The translations under genes and the position numbers were made by a program. Below the pieces are notes generated by a model. That model made no database searches, had not been told where the DNA came from, and was given only the letters and a program-made list of their open reading frames with translations. From IMG/VR virus record IMGVR_UViG_3300045988_163046: 44,757 nt of DNA; one strand, written 5' to 3'. The DNA comes from a virus. Shown here piece by piece: positions 33,713 through 41,557 of the stretch; positions within the stretch are counted from its first letter, which is position 1, and each line of letters starts with the position of its first letter.

Positions 33713-35370
33713 TAATTCACCTTCCTTTTCTTGTTTTCAAGGCGGTATTTAAATGTATCCCACCATTTTTGTCTTACTGTATATGCATCAATAACAGATG
33801 CATATCCATCAATATGTTTTCTTGGATCAGTTTTAATCATGCGTACACGATTGTCCTCCGCAACTTTCTTTAATGCCACACTAGACATATGTGCTTGTAA
33901 AAGTCCATTTGTTCCTGTATGAACAAATCCATCTCTTACATATCCTGTAAATTCATTAATAACCGGTGTAAGGTTAGTTCCTTGAATTACATCATCCATC
34001 TTGTATCCATATTTCTTCATATCATCCACAAGATACTGAGCCGAATAACGGTCATATCCAACGACTACACAATAAATCTTGTATTTCTTACGTAGCATTT
34101 CAAACCATTCCGTAACATCTTCATACCGTACAAAGTTTTCCCCACTTGGGCTTAAATATCCCAATTGAATAAATCTTGTATATGGTATTTTGTCTCTTTC
34201 TTCTAGCTCCTTGATTTTTAATGTTGGAAGCCAAAAATGAGTAAATATGTAGTCCTGTTCTTGAATTCGTATAACTACAGATGCGGCTGTTAAATCGGTT
34301 GTTTGTGACAAGTCAATTCCACCAACTGCATATGTATGTGCAAAATCTTCAAATCTAAGTTCTTCACCTTTAACTTTGTTAATATCTTCCGCACTAAACA
34401 GTGCTTCTGTTGAATTCTGTTTGATATTCGCATATTTTGTTATAAACTCCGCCTTATATGTCGGTGAGCTATGTGCTTTTAAAATTTCATTCTGCAAATA
34501 TTCATAAGAAACTGATATTCCAAGGTTTGGCATTGCTTTTCTTAATTCAATAGGATCATCCCATTTTTGAATATCATCAATCATATAAAAGAAAGGTAAC
34601 ATTTGTTTTTCATCAGACGTACCTAGTAAAACAGATGTTCCACGAACAAATAGTTCATCATATAATCCTTCATCAATATAGTTTGCGGTACTTACAGGAA
34701 TATAAAGTGGATCAGGTCTTGCCCCGCCTGCCGATAACATAACGTTGTACATTTTCATACCTGCTTCACCTTCCCAGGCTGCAAACTCATCAAAGATTGT
34801 CAAATATGGGTTGAATCCATCTGATTTTTTAGATGCAAAGGCAATTGGCTCCCATCTACAGTTGTTCTGTTTCATGTAGATATCTGTTCTACGTTTTTTT
34901 ACTCTTTGACTCAACGCTTTAGAGTGTTCCATCATTTGATACAAAACGTTGTAAATGATCTGCGCTTGTTTTAACTTTGGCGCTATATTGTATATCTGCA
35001 TACCTGCTTCATCAGATGTAAATCCAACATCAAGTTCAATACCTGCACAAAGAAATGATTTTCCTTGTTTTCGGCCCATGACCGTAGGTATTTCACGAAA
35101 CTGCCTTTTTCCATTCTTATCAACAAGCCCGAATATGCACGCAATATAGTATTTTTGCCAAGGCTCAAGCTTCACTTTTGTTGTTTTTCCTTCTACGTGA
35201 TGACAAAACGTTTCAATAAACGCTATATGCATTTCCGCTTTTTTCTCATCATAGAAGAAATCTCCATTTGCTAAACCTCTTTCAACATATTGAAGATTAA
35301 GCTTTATCCACTTACCGACTACATCTTCACCAGATTTAATTCGCTCTTTATAAATGTCTAGATATTTCAT
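33712..35370 (-). CDS. terL: Terminase large subunit
   Basis: Walker A-like MGRKQGKS, a DEF Walker B region, and a C-terminal nuclease domain. 552 aa. Confidence 0.9.
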   Translation of the reverse strand: MKYLDIYKERIKSGEDVVGKWIKLNLQYVERGLANGDFFYDEKKAEMHIAFIETFCHHVEGKTTKVKLEPWQKYYIACIFGLVDKNGKRQFREIPTVMGRKQGKSFLCAGIELDVGFTSDEAGMQIYNIAPKLKQAQIIYNVLYQMMEHSKALSQRVKKRRTDIYMKQNNCRWEPIAFASKKSDGFNPYLTIFDEFAAWEGEAGMKMYNVMLSAGGARPDPLYIPVSTANYIDEGLYDELFVRGTSVLLGTSDEKQMLPFFYMIDDIQKWDDPIELRKAMPNLGISVSYEYLQNEILKAHSSPTYKAEFITKYANIKQNSTEALFSAEDINKVKGEELRFEDFAHTYAVGGIDLSQTTDLTAASVVIRIQEQDYIFTHFWLPTLKIKELEERDKIPYTRFIQLGYLSPSGENFVRYEDVTEWFEMLRKKYKIYCVVVGYDRYSAQYLVDDMKKYGYKMDDVIQGTNLTPVINEFTGYVRDGFVHTGTNGLLQAHMSSVALKKVAEDNRVRMIKTDPRKHIDGYASVIDAYTVRQKWWDTFKYRLENKKRKVN

Positions 35371-35741
35371 TTAAATCTGCTCATGAACTCATCCAATTCA
35401 TCACCTTTTTTTCCGGATACTTCTGTTGTTTTTGAAAGTGAAGTAGGTGACAAGCCAAGTTCTTTGCAGTACTTCATGATCTGATCACGTAATTGAACGG
35501 TAATAATGTAGTATGGCGAGCGTGATAAATTCGTTGCACCGCCCTTGTTCGTATATTCAACAACCATCTGTAGTGATTTGTATCCATTTGCTTTACTTGA
35601 ATCTCTCCATTGCTTCATTGTTGAATCATATTGTGCCAAGGCATCCGCAAGTGAATCAACCGCAACCGAATATTCAGGAGAAAATGTGCCTAAATTCTCT
35701 AGTTGTGAATTGATTCTTTTTTTCCATGCTCCTTTTTGCAT
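35367..35741 (-). CDS. terS: Terminase small subunit (P27 family)
   Basis: The pattern ...YTNKGGATNLSRSPYYIITVQLRDQIMKYCKELGLSP is typical of P27-family TerS. GGAGG RBS. Confidence 0.75.
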   Translation of the reverse strand: MQKGAWKKRINSQLENLGTFSPEYSVAVDSLADALAQYDSTMKQWRDSSKANGYKSLQMVVEYTNKGGATNLSRSPYYIITVQLRDQIMKYCKELGLSPTSLSKTTEVSGKKGDELDEFMSRFK

Positions 35742-36085
35742 TCATCATCCTCCCTTCCACATCCTATAAGCATTCCGTTTTCATCAAATTCAAAAGATGG
35801 TTTACGTTTGGAATGTTCTTCAGCATGACATAAATCACACAACGCTTCCAAATTAGAATCGCCAAATAGAATGTGTACATCTCTATAGTTATCCTGGTCA
35901 ATGTGTACTTTGTGATGCACACAAGTCGACCTGGTATAGATACCTTTTTTCAAACATCTTTCACAAAGTGGATGTGCCTTTCTATACGCTTTGCTTTTCT
36001 TTTCCCAAGCCTTGCTTGAGTAAAATTTTCTAGCATAATTTCTAGCACCTGTTTTTGTTGCTTCTGAACCATAATATTTTTTCAT
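35699..36085 (-). CDS. HNH endonuclease (packaging-associated)
   Basis: CERCLKKG...CVHHKVHI...NLEALCDLCHAEEH. It lies directly upstream of and overlaps terS. Confidence 0.85.
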   Translation of the reverse strand: MKKYYGSEATKTGARNYARKFYSSKAWEKKSKAYRKAHPLCERCLKKGIYTRSTCVHHKVHIDQDNYRDVHILFGDSNLEALCDLCHAEEHSKRKPSFEFDENGMLIGCGREDDECKKEHGKKESIHN

Positions 36086-36163
36086 ATCGCTACATTCAAA
36101 GTTTTAGTTAACAGATTTAAAGGACGACAATATGAACAGTAAACACTTTGAATGCAGTGATAT

Positions 36164-36195
36164 GAAAAAGACCCGTGTTTCCACAGGTCTTTTTC
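36164..36195. terminator. Bidirectional hairpin terminator upstream of the packaging genes
   Basis: GAAAAAGACC-12 nt-GGTCTTTTTC. Confidence 0.55.
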
Positions 36196-36735
36196 AAACG
36201 GGCACAATAATGAAACAATCCAAGAACTACCTTGTTTGTTCTAGAAGATGTTTTCCAATCTTCACAACTACAGAATATCACGGTTTTTCTTTGTACACTG
36301 TACAAAATGAAGAAATTCAGATTTTACCCCCTCTCGTACGCGCATGACCGAGTTTTTTTAAACTCCCCACGCCGTTCCCCAAAGTGCAAAAAACTTTTTG
36401 AAAGATAGGGGCGGTCTATGCTGATCTGATCCATGCTATGGCGCTTTCAGGGTTAAAAATCAAACCTATGCAGCTATCACAACGCCGCCACGTTCACGGC
36501 TTCAGTCATATGACATTTATATATTTGTTATTGTGTTGAAAGATATTTCGACATGCATTGTTGAAAGCGTTGTTTCATAACATGGCCATGACTACATTAA
36601 TAGAACACACGCGCACGTTCTTATATATGCAATAAGTCTTGCATCACTCCAATATATTAGATCATGCGCACCAACTCCATACACTCCAACATATCCATTG
36701 TCTTCCTGGAACTGAAGCAAACCCCACCAAAAAAA
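36196..36735. other. ORF-free, GC-elevated block (candidate structured ncRNA and/or cos region)
   Basis: No ORF of 60 aa or more between about 36350 and 36940. It is visibly more G+C-rich than the flanks (for example CCCCCTCTCGTACGCGCATGACCGAG, CCCCACGCCGTTCCCC, ACGCCGCCACGTTCACGGC). Terminator hairpins bracket it. Confidence 0.3.
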
Positions 36736-36752
36736 GGACGTTCACAACGTCC
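36736..36752 (-). terminator. Minus-strand intrinsic terminator
   Basis: GGACGTT-CAC-AACGTCC followed on the minus strand by TTTTTTT. Coordinates are accurate to about 1 nt. Confidence 0.55.
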
Positions 36753-36922
36753 ATACATGTATATATTACTAGTCTGTTAACTATATGTTATAAGACTAGA
36801 ACCGAACACGCTTAAAAGCCTTTTAAATAGGCGCTTGCGTGCACGTTTCAAAAACAAAAAGCTTTTTGAAAAAATGAGCACTAAAAAAAATAAGTTTAGG
36901 AGATGTAAACATAGAAGAAAAA

Positions 36923-36946
36923 AGACACGCTCAATTTTGCGTGTCT
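36923..36946 (-). terminator. Intrinsic terminator of the HTH gene
   Basis: AGACACGC-8 nt-GCGTGTCT followed on the minus strand by TTTTTT. It overlaps the stop codon. Confidence 0.7.
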
Positions 36947-37187
36947 AGTCTTTGTTTTCTTGTATATCATTTATATTTAATTCAATTATTTTTTCTTTTG
37001 TTGTCTTGTCAATTATATTTATTTCCAAGCCCATCCAATCGCATAACTTTATAAACTCACCTAAATTCATTCTATCGTTTGAAATCGTGTTACTTAATGA
37101 TTGACGCGTACGGTTTATATGTTTTGCGTATTCTATTTGTGTTTTGTTTCGCATCGTGAACAACGCTTTTATTTTCTCTTTTAACAT
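36945..37187 (-). CDS. XRE-family HTH regulator (second repressor-like gene)
   Basis: MRNKTQIEYAKHINRTRQSLSNTISNDRMNLGEFIKLCDWMGLEI fits HTH_3. It is divergent from a plus-strand operon. Confidence 0.75.
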   Translation of the reverse strand: MLKEKIKALFTMRNKTQIEYAKHINRTRQSLSNTISNDRMNLGEFIKLCDWMGLEINIIDKTTKEKIIELNINDIQENKD

Positions 37188-37213
37188 TTTTTTGCCGTCC
37201 TTTCTTTATGTGT

Positions 37214-37315
37214 ATATTATCATATTTACTTTGTAAATTCAAACTGCAACGTTGTAAATAAAAAATATTACATTTTATTATTGACAATGTAATATTTATG
37301 GTGTACATTGTAAAT
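37214..37315. promoter_or_regulatory. Divergent promoters with three TTGTAAAT repeats
   Basis: Minus strand: TTGAAT-17-TGATAATAT (37242-37214). Plus strand: TTGACA-17-TACATT (37281-37309). TTGTAAAT occurs at 37231, 37252 and 37308. Confidence 0.55.
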
Positions 37316-37352
37316 GTCTTAAGAGACAAGCCACACGAAAGGAGGTGCAAAC

Positions 37353-37520
37353 GTGGCAAAGTATAAACGTAGCAAACCGATGAAACGTCGCGATAGAAAA
37401 AAGCGCGAAAAAAAAGAGCGCATGATTTCGTACCTATCCAAAACGTTCGAAATTATATACACGCTCTTAATCGGTGAAGCCCTCAAGCTTCTTGCTAAAT
37501 ATCTAAGTGACTTATTTTAG
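37353..37520 (+). CDS. Small basic protein with hydrophobic C-terminus (GTG start)
   Basis: AGGAGG RBS 7 nt before the GTG. 55 aa: VAKYKRSKPMKRRDRKKREKKERMISYLSKTFEIIYTLLIGEALKLLAKYLSDLF. A hairpin CTAAGTGAC/GTCACTTAG spans the stop. Confidence 0.4.
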   Translation: MAKYKRSKPMKRRDRKKREKKERMISYLSKTFEIIYTLLIGEALKLLAKYLSDLF

Positions 37521-37647
37521 TCACTTAGGTACTTATATTATACCACGTTTTAAAATATGGAACTACTAAAAATAGCGTTATTACTATCGTTAGCATTCAA
37601 TGCATATCTTTTAAAAAAAATGATTGAAAAGTAAGGAGGTTAAAGAT

Positions 37648-38118
37648 ATGTTATCTATTTGTGAAACTTCAACTAAACACGTGGCTTATATGGCTACACA
37701 ATACGACGATTTTGCGCATTCTACAGACGGCGCAATCATGGAAGCGCTTGGCGATGAAATTCTTGAAAATATGTATGATGATGAGCTTCTTCCATTATGG
37801 TTTGAATTTAGAAGTGAACGATATAATGAATATTATTATGAATTAGATAATGATAATCTTGATTCATGTTTATCAAGCTATGAGCCTAATGAAATTGTAA
37901 GAATGACATTGGCTGGTGACTTCCATTATTGTGACGATTATTTCATTATTAATGATTATGAGAATTTAGAAAGTTTTTCGGATTATAGACTATTAGAAGA
38001 AGCTAGAAAAGATGATGAGTTCAAAACTTGGCTTACTGATGAGAAAAGTGACTGGGATATGGACTGGTTAGAAGAAACTAGAAAACAATATTTAGCTTAC
38101 TTAAAAGAAGGGTACTAA
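37648..38118 (+). CDS. Highly acidic protein (DNA-mimic / anti-restriction-like candidate)
   Basis: AAGGAGG RBS. 156 aa rich in D/E/Y/W (for example DEILENMYDDELLPLWFEF, DEKSDWDMDWLEE). No family recognised. Confidence 0.55.
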   Translation: MLSICETSTKHVAYMATQYDDFAHSTDGAIMEALGDEILENMYDDELLPLWFEFRSERYNEYYYELDNDNLDSCLSSYEPNEIVRMTLAGDFHYCDDYFIINDYENLESFSDYRLLEEARKDDEFKTWLTDEKSDWDMDWLEETRKQYLAYLKEGY

Positions 38119-38119
38119 C

Positions 38120-38269
38120 ATGTTAACCCGCAAAGATCTTGACAAGATGAGCGCCGTCCAGGTGCTCATACTTGCGTTTTTAAAATTATATTTAGCAGCA
38201 TGTACATCTGGTTTAATTATGGGCATAATATTGGGCCTTTTAAATATCATACTTCCACTTATTTATTAA
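38120..38269 (+). CDS. 49-aa membrane peptide
   Basis: The ATG lies 1 nt after the upstream stop. Sequence MLTRKDLDKMSAVQVLILAFLKLYLAACTSGLIMGIILGLLNIILPLIY. Confidence 0.4.
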   Translation: MLTRKDLDKMSAVQVLILAFLKLYLAACTSGLIMGIILGLLNIILPLIY

Positions 38270-38286
38270 TTGTAGGAGGTTAAACA

Positions 38287-38559
38287 ATGGAACTTTTAGA
38301 AATTAAATTATTACATAAATACGCAAGAATAAGATCATATATGAATGATCTTATTTCAGGTAATTACATTATTTATGATTTTCATTATGAATGTTTAGTG
38401 GATCATATTGAATCTTTTATTTTTGATCTTGCTTATATCGAAAATAAAAAAGTTATAAATATTTATTATGATCAACTTTTAAACGATTCTAAACAAGTGA
38501 GCAACGAACTTTATACGCTTGTTATAAATATTTTTGAAGATAATGAATGGAGGTTTTAA
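38287..38559 (+). CDS. Hypothetical protein
   Basis: AGGAGG RBS. 90 aa. Confidence 0.55.
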   Translation: MELLEIKLLHKYARIRSYMNDLISGNYIIYDFHYECLVDHIESFIFDLAYIENKKVINIYYDQLLNDSKQVSNELYTLVINIFEDNEWRF

Positions 38560-38561
38560 AA

Positions 38562-38792
38562 ATGAATAATAATGAATATATTGAATTTACAGAAAAAAAA
38601 CTAGATCGACTAAATGGATCTAGCTGCAAGCCTTATACAATAACCAAACATTTAAACGGTTTATATGATCTTAATTATGGTTTAGATACTATTGTTTGGA
38701 TGCTTGAACCGCGCGAACTTTGGCTACTTGTAAATACTTTATATACTTTGGATATTTTAGGAGGGCTTAAAAATGACAATATGGAAGCGTGA
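38562..38792 (+). CDS. Hypothetical protein
   Basis: GGAGG RBS before the ATG at 38562. 76 aa. Confidence 0.5.
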   Translation: MNNNEYIEFTEKKLDRLNGSSCKPYTITKHLNGLYDLNYGLDTIVWMLEPRELWLLVNTLYTLDILGGLKNDNMEA

Positions 38793-39354
38793 GCGAACTC
38801 ACTTTAATTACTACATCACAAATGAAAGAAAACAACCCCACATTTATGTTGAAGCGTTAGGAACTCCCAACGCTTCAACTGAAAAAATTTTAAAAGATCA
38901 TGGTTTTAAATTTGATCATAATAAATGTATGTATGCAGCTGCTCAAACAAATGACTTAAGGCTTTTTGTCGCTCATGATCTTGACAAGCTTTTCAATTAT
39001 GATATTCAAATATACTTCAATGCAGAAGCGAAAAAAGAACTTTTCGCGCCTGATATCCAAGAAATAAAAGATATCTGTTATTTCTTCAAAATTTATAAAT
39101 GTTATATAGATATATTAAATAAGGATCTTTTTAAGATCTGTAAACCAGGTTCAAAAAGCTTGCTGGCAACTTATAATACTAATTCAAAAACTATAGATGT
39201 ATTTAATAGAAACAAATTGCAAGAAAGTTATGTTTACCATGATGGTAAAATCGAAAAAATGAGCATTGAAAAAGCTGCACCAAAAAAGAAGAAGAAAGCA
39301 GCACTTACAGAACAACAAAAGATCAACAAAATGCTGGAAGAGTTTCCGTTTTAA
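38773..39354 (+). CDS. Hypothetical protein with Lys-rich tail
   Basis: GGAGGG RBS. 193 aa. C-terminus PKKKKKAALTEQQK. Confidence 0.55.
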   Translation: MTIWKRERTHFNYYITNERKQPHIYVEALGTPNASTEKILKDHGFKFDHNKCMYAAAQTNDLRLFVAHDLDKLFNYDIQIYFNAEAKKELFAPDIQEIKDICYFFKIYKCYIDILNKDLFKICKPGSKSLLATYNTNSKTIDVFNRNKLQESYVYHDGKIEKMSIEKAAPKKKKKAALTEQQKINKMLEEFPF

Positions 39355-39380
39355 AAAGGACTTGCAAAAGTCCTTTTTTT
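39353..39380. terminator. Strong bidirectional intrinsic terminator between convergent units
   Basis: AAAGGACTT-GCAA-AAGTCCTTT with a T7 run on plus and an A-run upstream. Confidence 0.8.
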
Positions 39381-39518
39381 ATATCCAATTGAATCAACTG
39401 CAAAAAGTTTTTCTTGCTTCTTTTGTTTGAATATAAAAAAGGCCTTAAAAGCTTACTGAAAGCAATTAAAACCCTAATTAATTAACCATCTATATTATAA
39501 ACCGTGTTTTTCACTTTT

Positions 39519-39818
39519 TCAATTTAAGAAGTTCCTCATTTGTCTAGGATCTAGAATACTAAACACTTTCATTAAGTTTGATCTTGAATTAATATAAAAA
39601 TATTTTGAATCCTTTTTGAGACCATTTCCAATTTCTTTATTCAATAACTTTACAACCAAACTATCAAACTTTTCTTTATTGACTTCGAAATACCATACTT
39701 CTTTAGAACCATCTGTTTCTAAAGAAATAATTTCTGCATCATCCGAACATACAACAACTATTGTTGTATCTTTATAACTTATATGAATATCAGTATATAA
39801 AAACTTGTTTTCAAACAT
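39519..39818 (-). CDS. Paralogue 1 of a tandem triplicated small-protein family
   Basis: MFENKFLYTDIHISYKDTTIVVVCS...NKEKFDSLVVKLL aligns with the two upstream ORFs. Confidence 0.6.
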   Translation of the reverse strand: MFENKFLYTDIHISYKDTTIVVVCSDDAEIISLETDGSKEVWYFEVNKEKFDSLVVKLLNKEIGNGLKKDSKYFYINSRSNLMKVFSILDPRQMRNFLN

Positions 39819-39836
39819 TCCAACACCTCCAGAAGC

Positions 39837-40124
39837 TTATTTATCCAGGATTAGAAAAACTTTTTCTAATTGTTCTTGAGACGTTGGAAAAAACTTTTGA
39901 GATTCTTTTTCATGCTTGCATAGAATCGAACCGTCAAAAAACTTTTCCAGCAGCTGAGAAAACTTTTCTTTCTTCACATAATAAACATAATTCACAGGCA
40001 TATCTTCATCATCATGCGCATTGTATTCAAAAACTTTTTCAACCATCTTAGAACAAACAACACTAATTTGTACATTATCATATCTCACAAAAACTTCTTT
40101 ATAAGAAAACTTATTTTCATCCAT
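39837..40124 (-). CDS. Paralogue 2 of the tandem family
   Basis: AGGAG RBS before the ATG at 40124. MDENKFSYKEVFVRYDNVQISVVCS...KKEKFSQLLEKFF. Confidence 0.6.
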   Translation of the reverse strand: MDENKFSYKEVFVRYDNVQISVVCSKMVEKVFEYNAHDDEDMPVNYVYYVKKEKFSQLLEKFFDGSILCKHEKESQKFFPTSQEQLEKVFLILDK

Positions 40125-40146
40125 TTCATCACTCCTAAAAAACTTT

Positions 40147-40500
40147 CTACACATCAGCTAATGTTATCATAAATTTTTTATAATCTTCATCTGACTTTAG
40201 ATAAATCTTATTGCAGCCATTCATTACGTCTTCATAGTTTAAGCAATCAATTTCATTATCTAAAAACTTTCTATATAAACTTTTGAATTGCGGTTCACAA
40301 ATATAATGCTTAATAACGAGTATACCATTCTTATCATAATTACACCTATAAAACTTTTCATCTGCCATATAAACACATACAACACGATCTCCGTATTGTA
40401 CAAATAAACTTTGTGTATTATTGATCATAAACAGCTTATTAAGCTCATCACCTATATTTATATGTTTTTCTGTTAAAAACTTTGGTAATTTGTGTTTCAT
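40147..40500 (-). CDS. Paralogue 3 (N-terminally extended) of the tandem family
   Basis: ...SLFVQYGDRVVCVYMADEKFYRC...EPQFKSLYRKFLDNEI shares the core pattern. Confidence 0.55.
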   Translation of the reverse strand: MKHKLPKFLTEKHINIGDELNKLFMINNTQSLFVQYGDRVVCVYMADEKFYRCNYDKNGILVIKHYICEPQFKSLYRKFLDNEIDCLNYEDVMNGCNKIYLKSDEDYKKFMITLADV

Positions 40501-40565
40501 TTTCTTTACTCCTTAAACTTTTCTAATAAACTTATTTCTGTATAATTATCGTGGAGGATAACAAA

Positions 40566-40655
40566 ATGACAGAAAATGAAAAAAGTAATGATGGTGTTCA
40601 ATCTAGAACTAAAGGCACAGTCAAGAAAGAAATACCATCAGAAGGCGGAAAATAA
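40566..40655 (+). CDS. 29-aa hydrophilic micro-ORF on the opposite strand inside the moron
   Basis: TATAAT at 40541-40546, GGAGGA at 40553-40558, ATG at 40566. Sequence MTENEKSNDGVQSRTKGTVKKEIPSEGGK. Confidence 0.35.
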   Translation: MTENEKSNDGVQSRTKGTVKKEIPSEGGK

Positions 40656-40667
40656 CCTCCATAGTCA

Positions 40668-41264
40668 CTATCGTTGTTCGATGGTGACTATTTTCATTTC
40701 ATCATTAATAAAAACTTTTGCTCCTGGCAATGCACAAGCTTCTGAAAAACTTTTCTCAGATACACTTTTTCTTGGTGCTATAGTAAATTCACCAGTTCTT
40801 TCTGAATGCATTTCAATATATCCACACGCAATAAAACTTCCTTCTCTAGTATAGAAATATCCAATTGTCATGTTATCACTTTCAAAAACATCTTCCTGAA
40901 TAGTTCCAAAAGTCATTTCAGACAATCCTTTGCCTTTTCTAATCAAATTAACTAATGTTCTAAAAAGCTTAATAACATGAGCATGTACAGTAAACGAACT
41001 TATTAATGTTAATAAAAATGTAATCAAAACACTTTTATAAATATTCCATTTCAAATAATCACTAAAGAAGAAGCAAACAAGAATATTAAACAAGGATAAG
41101 ATCATCAAATACAATCTTTCTTTATCTGCTCGGTCTTGTTCTTCAATCACATTTGTGCATGTTAAAACGTAATAATTTAAATATCCACATCCACCTGCTG
41201 CAACAAACGCTAGTAAAACTTCTTTTATGAAATCTTCCACATTATCACTCCTATTTATCTGCAA
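40668..41264 (-). CDS. Membrane protein: three N-terminal TM helices plus a C-terminal soluble domain
   Basis: Hydrophobic segments LLAFVAAGGCGYLNYYVL, LYLMILSLFNILVCFFF and SVLITFLLTLISSFTV. It overlaps the lipoprotein gene by 14 nt. Confidence 0.6.
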   Translation of the reverse strand: MQINRSDNVEDFIKEVLLAFVAAGGCGYLNYYVLTCTNVIEEQDRADKERLYLMILSLFNILVCFFFSDYLKWNIYKSVLITFLLTLISSFTVHAHVIKLFRTLVNLIRKGKGLSEMTFGTIQEDVFESDNMTIGYFYTREGSFIACGYIEMHSERTGEFTIAPRKSVSEKSFSEACALPGAKVFINDEMKIVTIEQR

Positions 41265-41526
41265 TCGTTTCTACAAAACAATTATAATAAACATATCTTT
41301 TTCCATCATAATCAAATTTTACATATCCACCATCATTTGTTTCAATATCAATTCTACCTTCATAGCTTGCTATAATTTTTCCATCTGCTGTATACACATT
41401 AATTATTCTATTCAATCCGCCATTCAAATCTGATTTAACATCAGTGCCAAAACGATCCATAGAAGCACATCCAAACAAGGAAATGCCAATCATTCCAACC
41501 ATTAATAATTTGTATATTTTATTCAT
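41251..41526 (-). CDS. Small lipoprotein (beta-sandwich type)
   Basis: Signal peptide with lipobox LFGC. The mature part DLNGGLNRIINVYTADGKIIASYEGRIDIETNDGGYVKFDYDGKRYVYYN resembles small prophage lipoproteins. Confidence 0.7.
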   Translation of the reverse strand: MNKIYKLLMVGMIGISLFGCASMDRFGTDVKSDLNGGLNRIINVYTADGKIIASYEGRIDIETNDGGYVKFDYDGKRYVYYNCFVETIADK

Positions 41527-41557
41527 TTCATTCCTCTTTTCTATGTCCGATAACTAT

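Larger units (their letters stand above)
39856..40754 (+). repeat. Cluster of oriented AAAACTTTT motifs
   Basis: Exact copies start at 39856, 39890, 39938, 39959, 40030, 40350, 40711 and 40746. Several 8/9 variants are also present. Further copies lie at 41916 and about 36390, and an inverted copy at 39403. Confidence 0.6.

Noticed and set aside
36117-36347. Two overlapping ORFs (36117..36305 minus, 36132..36347 plus) upstream of the HNH gene
   Set aside because: They overlap each other almost completely. Both have Cys/Phe-rich non-protein-like composition, and a bidirectional terminator hairpin (36164-36195) sits in the middle. I treat the region as non-coding.
36340-36669. Long-range 8-bp complementarity (GCGCATGA / TCATGCGC) as evidence for RNA structure in the GC-rich block
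   Set aside because: An isolated 8-bp match that cannot be extended is expected by chance in about 600 nt. I do not use it as support.
37557-37634. 25-aa hydrophobic micro-ORF (MELLKIALLLSLAFNAYLLKKMIEK) in the plus-strand operon leader
   Set aside because: No RBS, and it is very short. It could be real, but the sequence alone does not support it.
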